Assembly (NCBI GenBank): GCA_963616935.1
Contig: CAVEMS010000002.1
Location: 64,396 to 128,395, forward strand
Origin: a bacterium
GTDB lineage: Bacteria; Bacillota_I; Bacilli_A; RFN20; CAG-826
Length of the DNA stretch: 64,000 nt
Reading direction: 5' to 3'
Every line of letters begins with the position of its first letter. The stretch's first letter is position 1. The position numbers and the translations under genes are program-made. The notes beneath the pieces were generated by a model. That model saw nothing but the letters and a program-made list of their open reading frames with translations. It did no database searches and was not told the DNA's origin. Below are positions 36,211-46,280 of this stretch, piece after piece.

Positions 36211-38094
36211 TTATTTCTTCTTTTTGCCGCCGGCCCTTCTTTTCATTATGAAAGCGGAGTAGCTCCCGATTTTTAACGTCAAATGGAACGGACGTCCTTC
36301 GGGGGCGCCTTTTTCGGCGATGCGAACGCCTCCGCAATATTGGTTACGGCCACCATAGACGTCTTTGTCGCTATTAAATAGCTCCGTCCATTCGCCATCG
36401 TGATAGACTCCGATGTCATAGGATTCGTAATAATTCGGGGTCATGTTGAAGACGAATAGCAAATCGCTATCGCCGACGCATCTTTCGAAAGCGAAGACAC
36501 TATCGAGATTGTTATCGACCATCGTCCAGACAAACGCCTTCGGATCGTATTCCCTTTCGTGCATCGCCCTTTCGCTTCGGTAGATGAGGTTAAGATCCCT
36601 CACCATCCTCTTCATCGAATCGTGTTTTGGGAAGGCCAAGAGATTCCAAGGCAAAGACATATTCTCGTTCCACTCGTCGAAGGAGGCTATCTCGTTGCCC
36701 ATGAAATTGAGTTTCTTGCCAGGATGGCCGAACTGGTAGACGAATAGGTTACGCAACAACGCGAACTTCGTCTCATAATCGCCATGCATCTTGTTTATCA
36801 AGGTGCCTTTGCCATGCACCACCTCATCATGCGAGAGAGGGAGCAAGAAATTCTCGCTATAGAAATAGGCCATGGAGAAAGTGAGTTTGTTATGCTCCCA
36901 CTTCTTATATATCGGATCCTTGGAATAATAAGACAAGGTGTCATTCATCCAGCCAAGGTCCCATTTATAGTCGAATCCCAAGCCGCCATCCTTAGTATCC
37001 TTCGTCACTTTGTCGTAATCGGTGCTATCCTCGGCTATCATCATGACGCTAGGATGGAAGAGATGCATCTTGGCGTTAAGGCGCTTGACGAATTCGATGG
37101 CGCCGCCGTTTTCACCCTTGTCTTTATTGCCATCCCAATAGATGAGATTAGCGACCGCGTCAAGTCGGACGCCGTCGATATGGAAATAGGAAAGGAAGTA
37201 GTTCACGGCGCTCATTAGGAAGCTTCTGACCGGATCCTTGCCCAAGTCGAAATAGCAAGAGCCCCAAGGCGAGAAAGTATGGGCCGAATCGGCGTATTCG
37301 TATAATGGTGTCCCGTCGAATAGCCTCAAGGCGAAGGAATCGTTCGCGAAATGAATCGGAGCGAAATCCAAGATGACGCCGATATCCGCTTGATGGAGCC
37401 TATCGATTAAGCTCATTAGCTGATAGGGATTGCCATATCTCGAGTCCACGCTATAGAAGCCGGTGGCCTGGTATCCCCAAGAGCCGTCGAATGGGTATTG
37501 GGTTATCGGCATGATCTCCACATGCGTATAGCCCATCTCCTTTAAATAAGGTATAAGCTCATCCGCGACTTCTTCGTAGGAAGGGAAGCGGGAACCCTTC
37601 TTCCGCCAGGAGCCCAAATGCATCTCGTAGATGGAAAGGGGCTTATCGAAGGAACGGTCGCGCGCCTTCATATGGGCGTCGTCATGCCAAGCGAAGCCAT
37701 TGATGTCGAATAGCCGCGAGCATGTAAGAGGGCGAAGCTCGCTAAAGAAAGCGAAGGGATCGGCCTTGTCGACGTATTCGCCATTCGCGTTCTTGAAGTG
37801 GAATTTGTAGCATTCGTAATTGTGTAGCCCCGGTATGAACGTTTCGAAAACGCCGCATTCATCGACTTTTCTCATCTTGTCCGCTGAGACATCCCAGCCA
37901 TTCCAATCGCCAATCACAGAGACGTCGCTCGCCATTGGGGCATATAGCCTAAAGACGACGCCGCTCACTTTAGTGGGCTTGCCATATTTATCGCGGAGAT
38001 ATGGGCTATCCATTGTGACGAAATGGGCCCCGAAATAATCGAAAGCCTCAATCGATTGGCCCATTAGGTAGTCATATAGTAAGCCAAATGCCAT
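36211..38094 (-). CDS. glgB: 1,4-alpha-glucan branching enzyme (GH13)
   Basis: 627 aa with GH13 catalytic regions (VILDFAPIHF, GVRLDAVANLIY, MIAEDST, LSHDEVVHGKG). Confidence 0.9.
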   Translation of the reverse strand: MAFGLLYDYLMGQSIEAFDYFGAHFVTMDSPYLRDKYGKPTKVSGVVFRLYAPMASDVSVIGDWNGWDVSADKMRKVDECGVFETFIPGLHNYECYKFHFKNANGEYVDKADPFAFFSELRPLTCSRLFDINGFAWHDDAHMKARDRSFDKPLSIYEMHLGSWRKKGSRFPSYEEVADELIPYLKEMGYTHVEIMPITQYPFDGSWGYQATGFYSVDSRYGNPYQLMSLIDRLHQADIGVILDFAPIHFANDSFALRLFDGTPLYEYADSAHTFSPWGSCYFDLGKDPVRSFLMSAVNYFLSYFHIDGVRLDAVANLIYWDGNKDKGENGGAIEFVKRLNAKMHLFHPSVMMIAEDSTDYDKVTKDTKDGGLGFDYKWDLGWMNDTLSYYSKDPIYKKWEHNKLTFSMAYFYSENFLLPLSHDEVVHGKGTLINKMHGDYETKFALLRNLFVYQFGHPGKKLNFMGNEIASFDEWNENMSLPWNLLAFPKHDSMKRMVRDLNLIYRSERAMHEREYDPKAFVWTMVDNNLDSVFAFERCVGDSDLLFVFNMTPNYYESYDIGVYHDGEWTELFNSDKDVYGGRNQYCGGVRIAEKGAPEGRPFHLTLKIGSYSAFIMKRRAGGKKKK

Positions 38095-38161
38095 AAACTC
38101 TCCTTGAAACGCTGTTTAGATTATAAGACAACCAAAGCCTTCATGAAAGAAAGCATTGTTC

Positions 38162-38274
38162 ATCGTTGAAACTCTAAAATAATCGTTGAAACTATCTTTT
38201 TATCGTTCAAATACAAAAATAATCGTTGAAACTAACAATTCCATCATTGAAACTCTTTGCGTATCGTTGAAATT
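38162..38274. repeat. six direct, helically phased (20-bp period) iteron-like repeats with core ATCGTTGAAAC
   Basis: Copies start at 38162, 38182, 38202 (ATCGTTCAAAT), 38222, 38243 (ATCATTGAAAC) and 38264 (ATCGTTGAAAT), at spacings of 20, 20, 20, 21 and 21 bp. They lie in the divergent intergenic region between glgB and the AlbA_2 gene. Confidence 0.7.
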
Positions 38275-38309
38275 AATGAGAAAATGATAGTGGATAGGGA
38301 GGAAGAGCC

Positions 38310-39734
38310 ATGCAAAAGGAAGAATTAGTAGAATTGATCAAAAACATCAAAGCCGTGAAAAGCGAATCGAACGACATTGAATGCAAAAGTGCATCAAAAG
38401 GCTGTCCGGAAAGGCTTTACGGCACCCTTTCCTCTTTCTCGAACCAAAATGATGGAGGAACGATAGTCTTTGGCGTCGACGAAAGGAACGGCTTTCGCAC
38501 GTGCGGCGTTTATGACGCGAACGACCTCATCAAAAAGATGACCGCGCAAGCTAAGCAAATGGAGCCTCCGGTGAGGGCGTTATTCACCATCGCGGAAATC
38601 GATGGGAAAACCGTCGTATCAATGGAGATACCAAGTCTCGACTACCAGGAGAGGCCCTGCTTCTATAAAGGGCTTGGCAAGCATCAGGGATCGTATATCA
38701 GAATCGGCGACAGCGACGAAAGAATGACCGAATCGGAAATTTATTCATTCGAGGCGTATAAGAAAAGAATAAGAGACGATGCCAGAGCCATCGATGAGGC
38801 CGATCTGAAACTATTCGACGAAGACAAATACTCACGCTATCTCAAAGCCGCGAAACTAGAGAGGGAAAACCTTTCGAGAAACGTAAGCGATGAGGAAATC
38901 GCCGAGCTTATGGGCTTAAGAAAAGACGGGAAGCCGACGCTCGCGATGGCGATGATCTTTTCGAAATATCCGCAGGCGTACTTCCCTCAGTTCTCCATAA
39001 CCGCAGTCGTTGTCCCGGGGAAGGAAATCGGCGACGCTACCGATAACGGCAAAAGATTCTTGGACAACAAGCGAATCACCGGCCCGATCGACGAGATGCT
39101 CGAGGAGGCCATGGAGTTCGTCATCCGAAACATCAAAGTTAGCACCGTGATTGACCATAACGGCAGGCGAAGCGACCAATACGAATATCCGTTGCTCGCT
39201 ATACGTGAGGCAATACTCAATTCCCTGGTTCACCGCGATTACAGCCGTTATTCCGAAGGCAAGGCAAACCGCATCGAAATCTATGCAGACAGAATCGAAA
39301 TCTCAAATCCAGGGTCGCTATACGGCGGCATCCCCGTCGATAACCTCGGAAGCACGAGGCCAGAAACCAGGAACGTCATCTTAGCCAACGTCTTGGAAAC
39401 GCTCAAAGTGACGGAAAACCGCTACTCCGGCATTCCGACCATAAAGAAAGAATTGGCGAAAATGGGAATGCCATCCCCCACATTCATATCAAAGGGCGAC
39501 GAATTCAAAATCATAATCCGCAAAGAATTCCCTAAAGGCAGTTCTTCTCTGACCGAGAAGATTTCCTCTTTTTGCCACGAGCCGAAAAGCCGGGATGAAA
39601 TAGCTAGTTATATCGGGTTAAGCAAAAACCACGTGATGTCGAAGATAATCGCCCCGCTCGTCGAAAAAGGAGTGATTGGCCTAACCATCCCCGAAAAGCC
39701 GCACAGTTCCTTGCAACGCTATTATGCGAAATAG
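38310..39734 (+). CDS. AlbA_2 (Schlafen-like divergent AAA) + HATPase_c_4 domain protein, putative nucleic-acid-binding regulator
   Basis: 474 aa. The N-terminal block (GKHQGSYIRIGDSDERMTESEI region) fits the AlbA_2/Schlafen core, and the C-terminus (REAILNSLVHRDYS ... IEISNPGSL) is the HATPase_c_4 region typical of so-called RecG-like transcription regulators. GGGAGGAAG RBS. Confidence 0.55.
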   Translation: MQKEELVELIKNIKAVKSESNDIECKSASKGCPERLYGTLSSFSNQNDGGTIVFGVDERNGFRTCGVYDANDLIKKMTAQAKQMEPPVRALFTIAEIDGKTVVSMEIPSLDYQERPCFYKGLGKHQGSYIRIGDSDERMTESEIYSFEAYKKRIRDDARAIDEADLKLFDEDKYSRYLKAAKLERENLSRNVSDEEIAELMGLRKDGKPTLAMAMIFSKYPQAYFPQFSITAVVVPGKEIGDATDNGKRFLDNKRITGPIDEMLEEAMEFVIRNIKVSTVIDHNGRRSDQYEYPLLAIREAILNSLVHRDYSRYSEGKANRIEIYADRIEISNPGSLYGGIPVDNLGSTRPETRNVILANVLETLKVTENRYSGIPTIKKELAKMGMPSPTFISKGDEFKIIIRKEFPKGSSSLTEKISSFCHEPKSRDEIASYIGLSKNHVMSKIIAPLVEKGVIGLTIPEKPHSSLQRYYAK

Positions 39735-39810
39735 GCGATGCGTGAATATGTCTCTTTGATGAGGCGCCCTAAAGCGTTAAAATCTTGACGATTAGCAAGG
39801 AGAATCATCT

Positions 39811-41013
39811 ATGTTCAAAGTTATGGCGGTCAACGCCGGAAGCAGTTCTATCAAGTATAAGCTTTTCGAAATGCCGGAAGAGAAGGTCATCTGTTCCGGA
39901 CTCGTTGAGAGAATCGGTCATGAGGACGCCCATTTCCGCATCAAATTCGGAAGCGACAAGCACGACGACTACCTCCCGATCATGGACCATTCCGTCGGCG
40001 TCGAGCTCATCTTGAACGCTTTGACGAAATATGGAATCGTCAAGGATTGGAATGAGATAAAAGCGGTCGGACACCGCGTCGTGCAAGGTGGCAAATACTT
40101 CAATAAAAGCGCAATTTTCGACGGTGATACCGAGGAGAAAGTGGCCAAGCTCATTCCTTTGGATCCGCTTCATGCGCCGGCTCATTTGATGGGATACCAC
40201 GCCTTTAAGAAGGCGTTGCCGGACGCTTTGGCGCTCGCCGTCTTCGACACCGCCTATTTCTGCGACATCGATGACGAAGACAAACTCTTCCCGATCCCAT
40301 ACGAATACACGGAGAAATACGACATCCGCCGCTACGGGGCGCATGGCACATCGCACAATTATTTGGCTATCAAGGCACATGAAGATTTCCTAAAGGACAA
40401 AGAAGACAGAAGGATAATCACCTGCCATCTTGGAAGCGGCGCCTCCCTTAGCGCGATCCATAATGAGAAAGCCATCGCGACCTCGATGGGGCTTACGCCA
40501 CTAGGCGGAGTCATGATGGGAACAAGATCCGGCGACATCGATCCATCGGTCTTCAATTATCTCTGCACTTCCCTTAACCTAAGCGCCGACGAAGTCTATG
40601 ACATCCTAAACAAGAAGAGCGGCTTCCTAGGCGTAAGCGGCGTCTCCAATGACACCCGCGACGTTCTTGACGAAGCGAAAAAAGGAAATAAGAGAGCGCA
40701 AGTCGCCATCAAGCTATGGGCGAGAAGAGTCGCCGACTATATCGGTAGCTACTTTGTCCGTCTTGGCGGATGCGACCTCATCGTCTTCTCTGGCGGCATT
40801 GGCGAAAACGCGAGCGATTACCGTACCGCCGTCTATCAAGACATCAAGGAAGCGTTGCATCTAGAGATGGATGAGAAGAAAAACGAGGAACTTTGCGGTA
40901 TTGAAGGGCTTATTAGCACCCCTAATAGCAAGATCCAAATGGCCGTCATCCCAACCGATGAGGAACTAATGATCGCCAAGGACTGCCTTAAAGCCTTGGA
41001 AGGGAATCTCTAA
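39811..41013 (+). CDS. ackA: acetate kinase
   Basis: 400 aa with the N-terminal VNAGSSSIKYKLF, HLGSGAS and SGGIGEN motifs. AGGAGA RBS. Confidence 0.9.
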   Translation: MFKVMAVNAGSSSIKYKLFEMPEEKVICSGLVERIGHEDAHFRIKFGSDKHDDYLPIMDHSVGVELILNALTKYGIVKDWNEIKAVGHRVVQGGKYFNKSAIFDGDTEEKVAKLIPLDPLHAPAHLMGYHAFKKALPDALALAVFDTAYFCDIDDEDKLFPIPYEYTEKYDIRRYGAHGTSHNYLAIKAHEDFLKDKEDRRIITCHLGSGASLSAIHNEKAIATSMGLTPLGGVMMGTRSGDIDPSVFNYLCTSLNLSADEVYDILNKKSGFLGVSGVSNDTRDVLDEAKKGNKRAQVAIKLWARRVADYIGSYFVRLGGCDLIVFSGGIGENASDYRTAVYQDIKEALHLEMDEKKNEELCGIEGLISTPNSKIQMAVIPTDEELMIAKDCLKALEGNL

Positions 41014-42008
41014 TGAAGCTCTCTAACGAGATAAAGCAATACGCGAAAGCGAGGAAAAAAGAATACTCCGCTTTCTATAAGGCAGTAAAGAAATACGACC
41101 GCATCTGCATTTTCAGGCACATCAAACCGGATTTCGACGCCATGGGCTCGCAAATGGGCCTATACACCTTCCTAAAGGAGAACTTCCCAAATAAGGAAAT
41201 CCATTACGTCGGGGATAACCACGTCACTTTCACCCCTAGGATCTTTCCGGAGACCGAAAGGCTTAACGACTCTTGGTTCGATACGCCATTCTTGGCTATC
41301 GTCGTCGACGTCGGAGACGATGAGAGAATCGCCGATCCGCGTTATAAGAGAGCGGCCTACGTAGCCAAAATAGACCATCACCCATCTAAGAGTGAGATCT
41401 CCCCTGCCCCGATCGTCGATTTAAATAGCGCAAGCGCGGCCGAACTCGTTTGTTCGGTTTTGCTAAACTGGAAGGGAACCTCCCTTTCGAAAGAAGCGGC
41501 CAAATACTTCTATATCGGCATCGTCGGCGACAGCGGACGCTTCCTCTATAGCAGCGTCTCTTCCCATACCTTTGCGATAGCCGAAGCCTTAATCGCCACC
41601 GGCATATCCATCAATTCGATATACCTATCGATGTATGAGAAGAAATTAGACGATCTGAAAGTCACGGCATACGTTCTCAATCATTTCGAGGTCTCTCCGC
41701 ATGGGGTGGCCTACTATTGCTTGGATGAGAACGTCCAAAAAGAGCTTTCCATCACCTCCGAAAGAGGGAAGGAAAACGTCAATCTCTTCTCGAATATCGA
41801 AGGCATCAACGCTTGGTGCTCGATAACCGAAGACCCTAATCCCAAGGATTGGTGCTGGAGGATAAGCATCCGTTCCAAAAAAGCCGATATCAGCGGCATC
41901 GCCAATAAATGGGGAGGAGGCGGCCATAAACAGGCTTCAGGCGCCAAGATAAAGGATCTATCGGAGCTCCCGGCATTTATCAAAGATCTCGACGATTTAT
42001 TCTGCTAA
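41013..42008 (+). CDS. nrnA: DHH/DHHA1 phosphoesterase, bifunctional oligoribonuclease / pAp phosphatase NrnA-like
   Basis: 331 aa with DHH motif KIDHHPS and DHHA1 motif GGGGH. Its start overlaps the ackA stop (TAATG). Confidence 0.8.
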   Translation: MKLSNEIKQYAKARKKEYSAFYKAVKKYDRICIFRHIKPDFDAMGSQMGLYTFLKENFPNKEIHYVGDNHVTFTPRIFPETERLNDSWFDTPFLAIVVDVGDDERIADPRYKRAAYVAKIDHHPSKSEISPAPIVDLNSASAAELVCSVLLNWKGTSLSKEAAKYFYIGIVGDSGRFLYSSVSSHTFAIAEALIATGISINSIYLSMYEKKLDDLKVTAYVLNHFEVSPHGVAYYCLDENVQKELSITSERGKENVNLFSNIEGINAWCSITEDPNPKDWCWRISIRSKKADISGIANKWGGGGHKQASGAKIKDLSELPAFIKDLDDLFC

Positions 42009-42029
42009 TCGTAAATCGATAGCAATCAA

Positions 42030-42091
42030 GCAATCTCATTGGCAATCGGATGGATTAATCCAGTAACCGCCGATGGAGATTGCTTTTTTCA
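42030..42091 (+). terminator. intrinsic terminator after ackA-nrnA
   Basis: GCAATCTC ... GAGATTGC followed by TTTTTTC (42085-42090); the stem extends imperfectly (CCGCCGATGGAGATTGC). Confidence 0.5.
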
Positions 42092-42989
42092 TGGCGCGCT
42101 GATGCATTTATATCGATAATTAGATGCGTTTGAATCCGGTGGCGATACAAACATCGGCAATCAAAAACGACCATTCATACGAGCCGTTTATGATGCTTAT
42201 GCGTTGTACAGTGTTTCTTTATTTCAGGTTGCCTTTATTCTTGAAGACGGTATGTAGCTCAATGAGTTCAAGAAGTTCTTCACGTTCAACGCCTTCAAAT
42301 GCAATTCGAGATATGTAAGAATCATCTGCTTTTCATTGCGATGTGGCATATTTGAAGACAATTCAAGATTCGTACCCCCATGGCTTCGCTAATCAAAATG
42401 TTTTTTGCATCATTTCTTTCAACGAAAATTAATCTTTCGGAAAATCAAATAATCTTTCGGAAGATTAATAAAAGCGACAAATAACACAATGAATTTCGTC
42501 TTCGTCATTTTCGACATCTTATATTCTGAAACATACCCATATATTTGGATAAATTGCACGGGTCGCCATTCTCGAACAGATTGAAGTTAGCTTAGCTTTG
42601 TTTGTGGTTTTTCTCGCAAAGAATGAAGGATTAGAATAGGCGAACCACACGCACCGCACCTTTTTCGATTGATGATTTTTTTATGTAAGATCACAATGCG
42701 AAGTTTTTTGTTTTCTTGATGCCACAGTCGAGACGCATCACAAAAAGCTTTCAAACAATGAGATGATGAATAATAAAAACATACTAATATTATTTTTAAT
42801 ATAATTATTACTTTTACATTTAATAATGTTTAATTAATTTATAATGCATAATAACGAACTTATTTATGCAAATGCTTACTTATATATTTCATTCTTTTTT
42901 GGTGAACCATAACAAAATTGTTAATCTATTTATGTTGTAATTATATTATTTAGAATATATTATATTAAAGAAAAAGAGGTTATATTTAT

Positions 42990-44324
42990 ATGCGAATAGT
43001 CCGGACAATCGAGAAATCGTTAATCAAATCGCTCGAGGAAAGCAACAATATATTGATTGAAGGCCTGCCTTTCATTGACAAAAAATTTTTGATTGAATCA
43101 CTCCTTTCAGAAGGTAAATTCGGATGTTATAAATGCGACTTAAACAATTATTCGCATATCGATAAACTGACTTCCTATTTAAGCGAAAACAGCCAAAGAA
43201 AAGGCGATAAAAATTCGAAGAAAAACGTCTTAATTCTGCACATCGAGAAAAACATCGGTTTATTGAAAACTTTACTAAATCAAAATAATGCTGATTTTCG
43301 CTACATTTTTGTTAGCGATGTAATACTTGATGGTTTCCAAAACTCCTCTAATTTAGACGTATTCATGATCAAACCCCTTAACTTTTTAGAATTTCTTTAC
43401 TCATGCGGCCTAAAGAAAGACGATTTGGAAAAATACAAGAATCGGGCGTTTGAAAGTATCAACGAAGAGAATGAGTTGACTTCAAAACTATATTCATTAT
43501 TGGATGTCTATTCACTTATCGGCGGCATTCCTAAGTGCGTGGACGTCTATTTATCTTCCGGAAACCTAAACAAAGCTCTGAAAGCGAGAGACGAAGCCTA
43601 CGCCGAATTCAACGAATCGTTCCTTTCGCTATGCGCCGCTTCTTTGATGTCATCCGACGCCAAAGATATAAACGCGATCCGAAACGCCAAAAAAGCCTTC
43701 GAATCGATTCCTCCATATCTCTCTAGCGATTCATACGATTATAAGTTCTCTTTCATATCTCCTTCGTCAAGGAAGGATTCATATATCTCATCTTTCAATT
43801 GGATAAGAAATAACGGATACGTTTGTTTATCCACTCGTGCGAACCCTTTTGTTCCAGCCACGAATGCCGAAGCAAACTCCTTTAAGGCCTATCTCCCTGA
43901 TATCGGCCTAGAAATGTCCGCTTTGAAGGTTAATGACATCAATCCTCATAACGGTCGTCTGATCGATCTTTTGATTGCCGATTCGCTATTCAAAAATGGT
44001 GCATCGCTAGAGTACATATTCGATTCAAAAACTCATGAGAAAGTCGATTGCGTCGCCTTGCGCGATGGGCATTATGAGATATATAAGACGTCTGGCGACA
44101 AGAAATGCGCCTCGCTATATTCGAAAACGGCCTCCGTTCTAAACGCTTCCAATGTCTATAACGTTATGTATGACACAAAGGGAAAGAATCAAAAAGAGCC
44201 ATTTAAGAACGTCGATGTCCTCGACGTCATGTTATCCATATGCGAATCCGAAAATAATGCGCATCAAAAAGAAAAGGAAGATATCCAAGCGATAGAAATC
44301 GATCCAGATTCCTTTTTGTCCTAA
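42990..44324 (+). CDS. degenerate COG1373/DUF4143-like protein (paralog 3) with eroded Walker A/B motifs, predicted to be ATPase-inactive
   Basis: Same length (444 aa) and C-terminal DUF4143-like block (EYIFDSKTHEKVDCVALRDGHYEIYKTSG) as paralogs 1 and 2. The Walker A position reads GLPFIDKKF and the Walker B position LILHIEKN. The local GC is about 37%, against about 47% for the window. AAGAGG RBS. Confidence 0.5.
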   Translation: MRIVRTIEKSLIKSLEESNNILIEGLPFIDKKFLIESLLSEGKFGCYKCDLNNYSHIDKLTSYLSENSQRKGDKNSKKNVLILHIEKNIGLLKTLLNQNNADFRYIFVSDVILDGFQNSSNLDVFMIKPLNFLEFLYSCGLKKDDLEKYKNRAFESINEENELTSKLYSLLDVYSLIGGIPKCVDVYLSSGNLNKALKARDEAYAEFNESFLSLCAASLMSSDAKDINAIRNAKKAFESIPPYLSSDSYDYKFSFISPSSRKDSYISSFNWIRNNGYVCLSTRANPFVPATNAEANSFKAYLPDIGLEMSALKVNDINPHNGRLIDLLIADSLFKNGASLEYIFDSKTHEKVDCVALRDGHYEIYKTSGDKKCASLYSKTASVLNASNVYNVMYDTKGKNQKEPFKNVDVLDVMLSICESENNAHQKEKEDIQAIEIDPDSFLS

Positions 44325-46280
44325 CTATTCCTCTTCGCTATATATAAGTCCGAACTTATGTAAATAACAGATGACGACGGTTCCCCAGCCATGGCAAAGG
44401 CTTCCGGCGTTTTCGAAGGCTCTCCAACCATCCATCGTCTCCATGAAACAAGTCGCCCCCTCTTTCTTTTGGGCGTCCATGATTTCATTTATATCGCTAA
44501 GGATATATTCCCTCGCGGATGGATTATCCGCCTTAAGAATGGCATCGTATAAAAACCTTCTCATGCTTAAGCTCGTCGGCACGAGGCCATATTTCACTGG
44601 ATCCATTATCTTCTTCGATATATCGAGTTCCAGGCTTTTGGGAGCGATGCCGCTAAGGATGGCCAAGGAATTACCTAAGACATTGCACGATGGATTCAAA
44701 TCGCTCATATGATATAAACCTTTATCCCAATCGAAGAAATGATCATGAGATTTAATGCGTATATCATTAATTAAACAGGCGTTATCGGATGATATTCCTA
44801 CCTTATTAGATAGATAATCATAAGCTTCTAACGCAATGACGAATAAGGAATTGATGACGATGTCGCTCTCTTTTTTTCTTTTTTCCATCAATCCATCCGC
44901 GAGTCCGTCCATCCATTCGTAGAAATTCCATTTGCCTTCGCCTTCGAAGGTCATCGCCAAACCGTTTTCCATATTGTCTTTGAAAGCGGATACTATCTTT
45001 TCTATCCTTGGAAGCGCCTCATAAAGGAAGGATTTATCGCCTGAAGCGTCGTAATAGCTCTTAACGGCCAAGATATAGAAAAGAGAGAAGCTAGGTATCG
45101 TAAGCGAGACATTGCTAGGAGCGCATATAGGAAGGAGTCCATCTTCTCTATCGTCCACGGCGAATAGCCTCAGAGAACTTCTGATCTGCTCAAGGTTCTT
45201 AAAAGCGAGAAAGCCGGCATCAATTTGATTAAGACTATCCAACGCGTATAGGCATTGCTCACGCCATGGGCAATCCTCGTAATGCTCATGATAGCAGCAT
45301 TCGAGGGTATAAACGGCCATGTCGTATATCTCCTTAACTGAATCATCGACAAACGCCCATTCCCTCTTATCGAACGGATAGACGCACGGATATAAGGAAA
45401 TCGACGGTTCGATATCGAAATCATCGTCTCCTATCACCTCAATATAACGGCATCCAAGCCTAAGAAACCCTTCGAAGAATCTGTTTCTTCCTTTTTTTAG
45501 TTTGACGTCGATTGAGAAGTTCCTGTTTTCGATCAAATACACCAATTCATTATCATTTAAGTGTTCAGCGTAGGTTATCTTGATCTTTCTTTCTTTCTCG
45601 GATTCGATATCGAGCGCCAAATATCCGACCGTTTCCTTCCCTAAGTCGTAGCGGTATCTTCCTTTACCGATATGGATAGGCTTAGGAGATAATGGCGAAA
45701 GGAGCTCGCATTTCTTATTTCTCCTTAGCTCAGGCGATGCGTCGTTCCTATCGACTATGACCGCATTAACATACTTTAAATCATTCTCATCTTTCGTTAG
45801 ATCGATGCTTAGTCTGTATCCCAGTTGCGGCGTTATTCTTTCCTTAAGTCCCGATAGATATCTATTCGATTCGGCTACCAAGGAGTCCTCACTAGACACA
45901 TATAAGATCTCATCGCCTTTCGAGATAACGAATATGATCGACGCCTTCTGGGCGAAGTAACTGCTAAAGCCATCGCTGCCTAAGTGATAAGCGTAGATTT
46001 TGAAGGTGTTGGTGCCACGCTTCGCCTTAAGAGACACCGAATCAACGATTGGATGCTTAGGATACGACGGGCTTTGCGAGAAGGAGGACAGCTCATCATT
46101 CAAAAAGAACATGTAGTTCGTGTCGGCGGATATATCTAATGTGACATCGGAGTCGCAATCGAGCACGAAAGAACCTTTTATGACGATATATTGATCGTCG
46201 AATGATTCCTTGGACCATATCCATTTCGCATTAGACAGTCTGTCGTTCATCGATTTGTTCTCTATAGCGTAGTTATCCAT
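44325..46280 (-). CDS. six-hairpin glycoside hydrolase, alpha-L-rhamnosidase-like (GH78-related)
   Basis: 651 aa with N-terminal AKWIWS, an EDCPWREQ motif resembling the GH78 DCPQRDER block, and C-terminal SLCHGWGT shared with the 59836-61455 gene. Confidence 0.45.
   Translation of the reverse strand: MDNYAIENKSMNDRLSNAKWIWSKESFDDQYIVIKGSFVLDCDSDVTLDISADTNYMFFLNDELSSFSQSPSYPKHPIVDSVSLKAKRGTNTFKIYAYHLGSDGFSSYFAQKASIIFVISKGDEILYVSSEDSLVAESNRYLSGLKERITPQLGYRLSIDLTKDENDLKYVNAVIVDRNDASPELRRNKKCELLSPLSPKPIHIGKGRYRYDLGKETVGYLALDIESEKERKIKITYAEHLNDNELVYLIENRNFSIDVKLKKGRNRFFEGFLRLGCRYIEVIGDDDFDIEPSISLYPCVYPFDKREWAFVDDSVKEIYDMAVYTLECCYHEHYEDCPWREQCLYALDSLNQIDAGFLAFKNLEQIRSSLRLFAVDDREDGLLPICAPSNVSLTIPSFSLFYILAVKSYYDASGDKSFLYEALPRIEKIVSAFKDNMENGLAMTFEGEGKWNFYEWMDGLADGLMEKRKKESDIVINSLFVIALEAYDYLSNKVGISSDNACLINDIRIKSHDHFFDWDKGLYHMSDLNPSCNVLGNSLAILSGIAPKSLELDISKKIMDPVKYGLVPTSLSMRRFLYDAILKADNPSAREYILSDINEIMDAQKKEGATCFMETMDGWRAFENAGSLCHGWGTVVICYLHKFGLIYSEEE

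Noticed and set aside
33699-37218. Plus-strand ORFs of 80-250 aa within glgP and glgB (33699-34448, 36784-37218 and others)
   Set aside because: Antisense shadows of conserved GT35 and GH13 genes.
39805-40380. 191-aa minus-strand ORF
   Set aside because: Antisense to acetate kinase, which is strongly supported.
42124-42400. 64-aa plus-strand ORF and a roughly 44-codon minus-strand ORF (MPHRNEKQMILTYLELHLKALNVKNF...) in the AT-rich spacer
   Set aside because: They are too short and lack start context. They may be relics of a decayed gene but cannot be supported as features.
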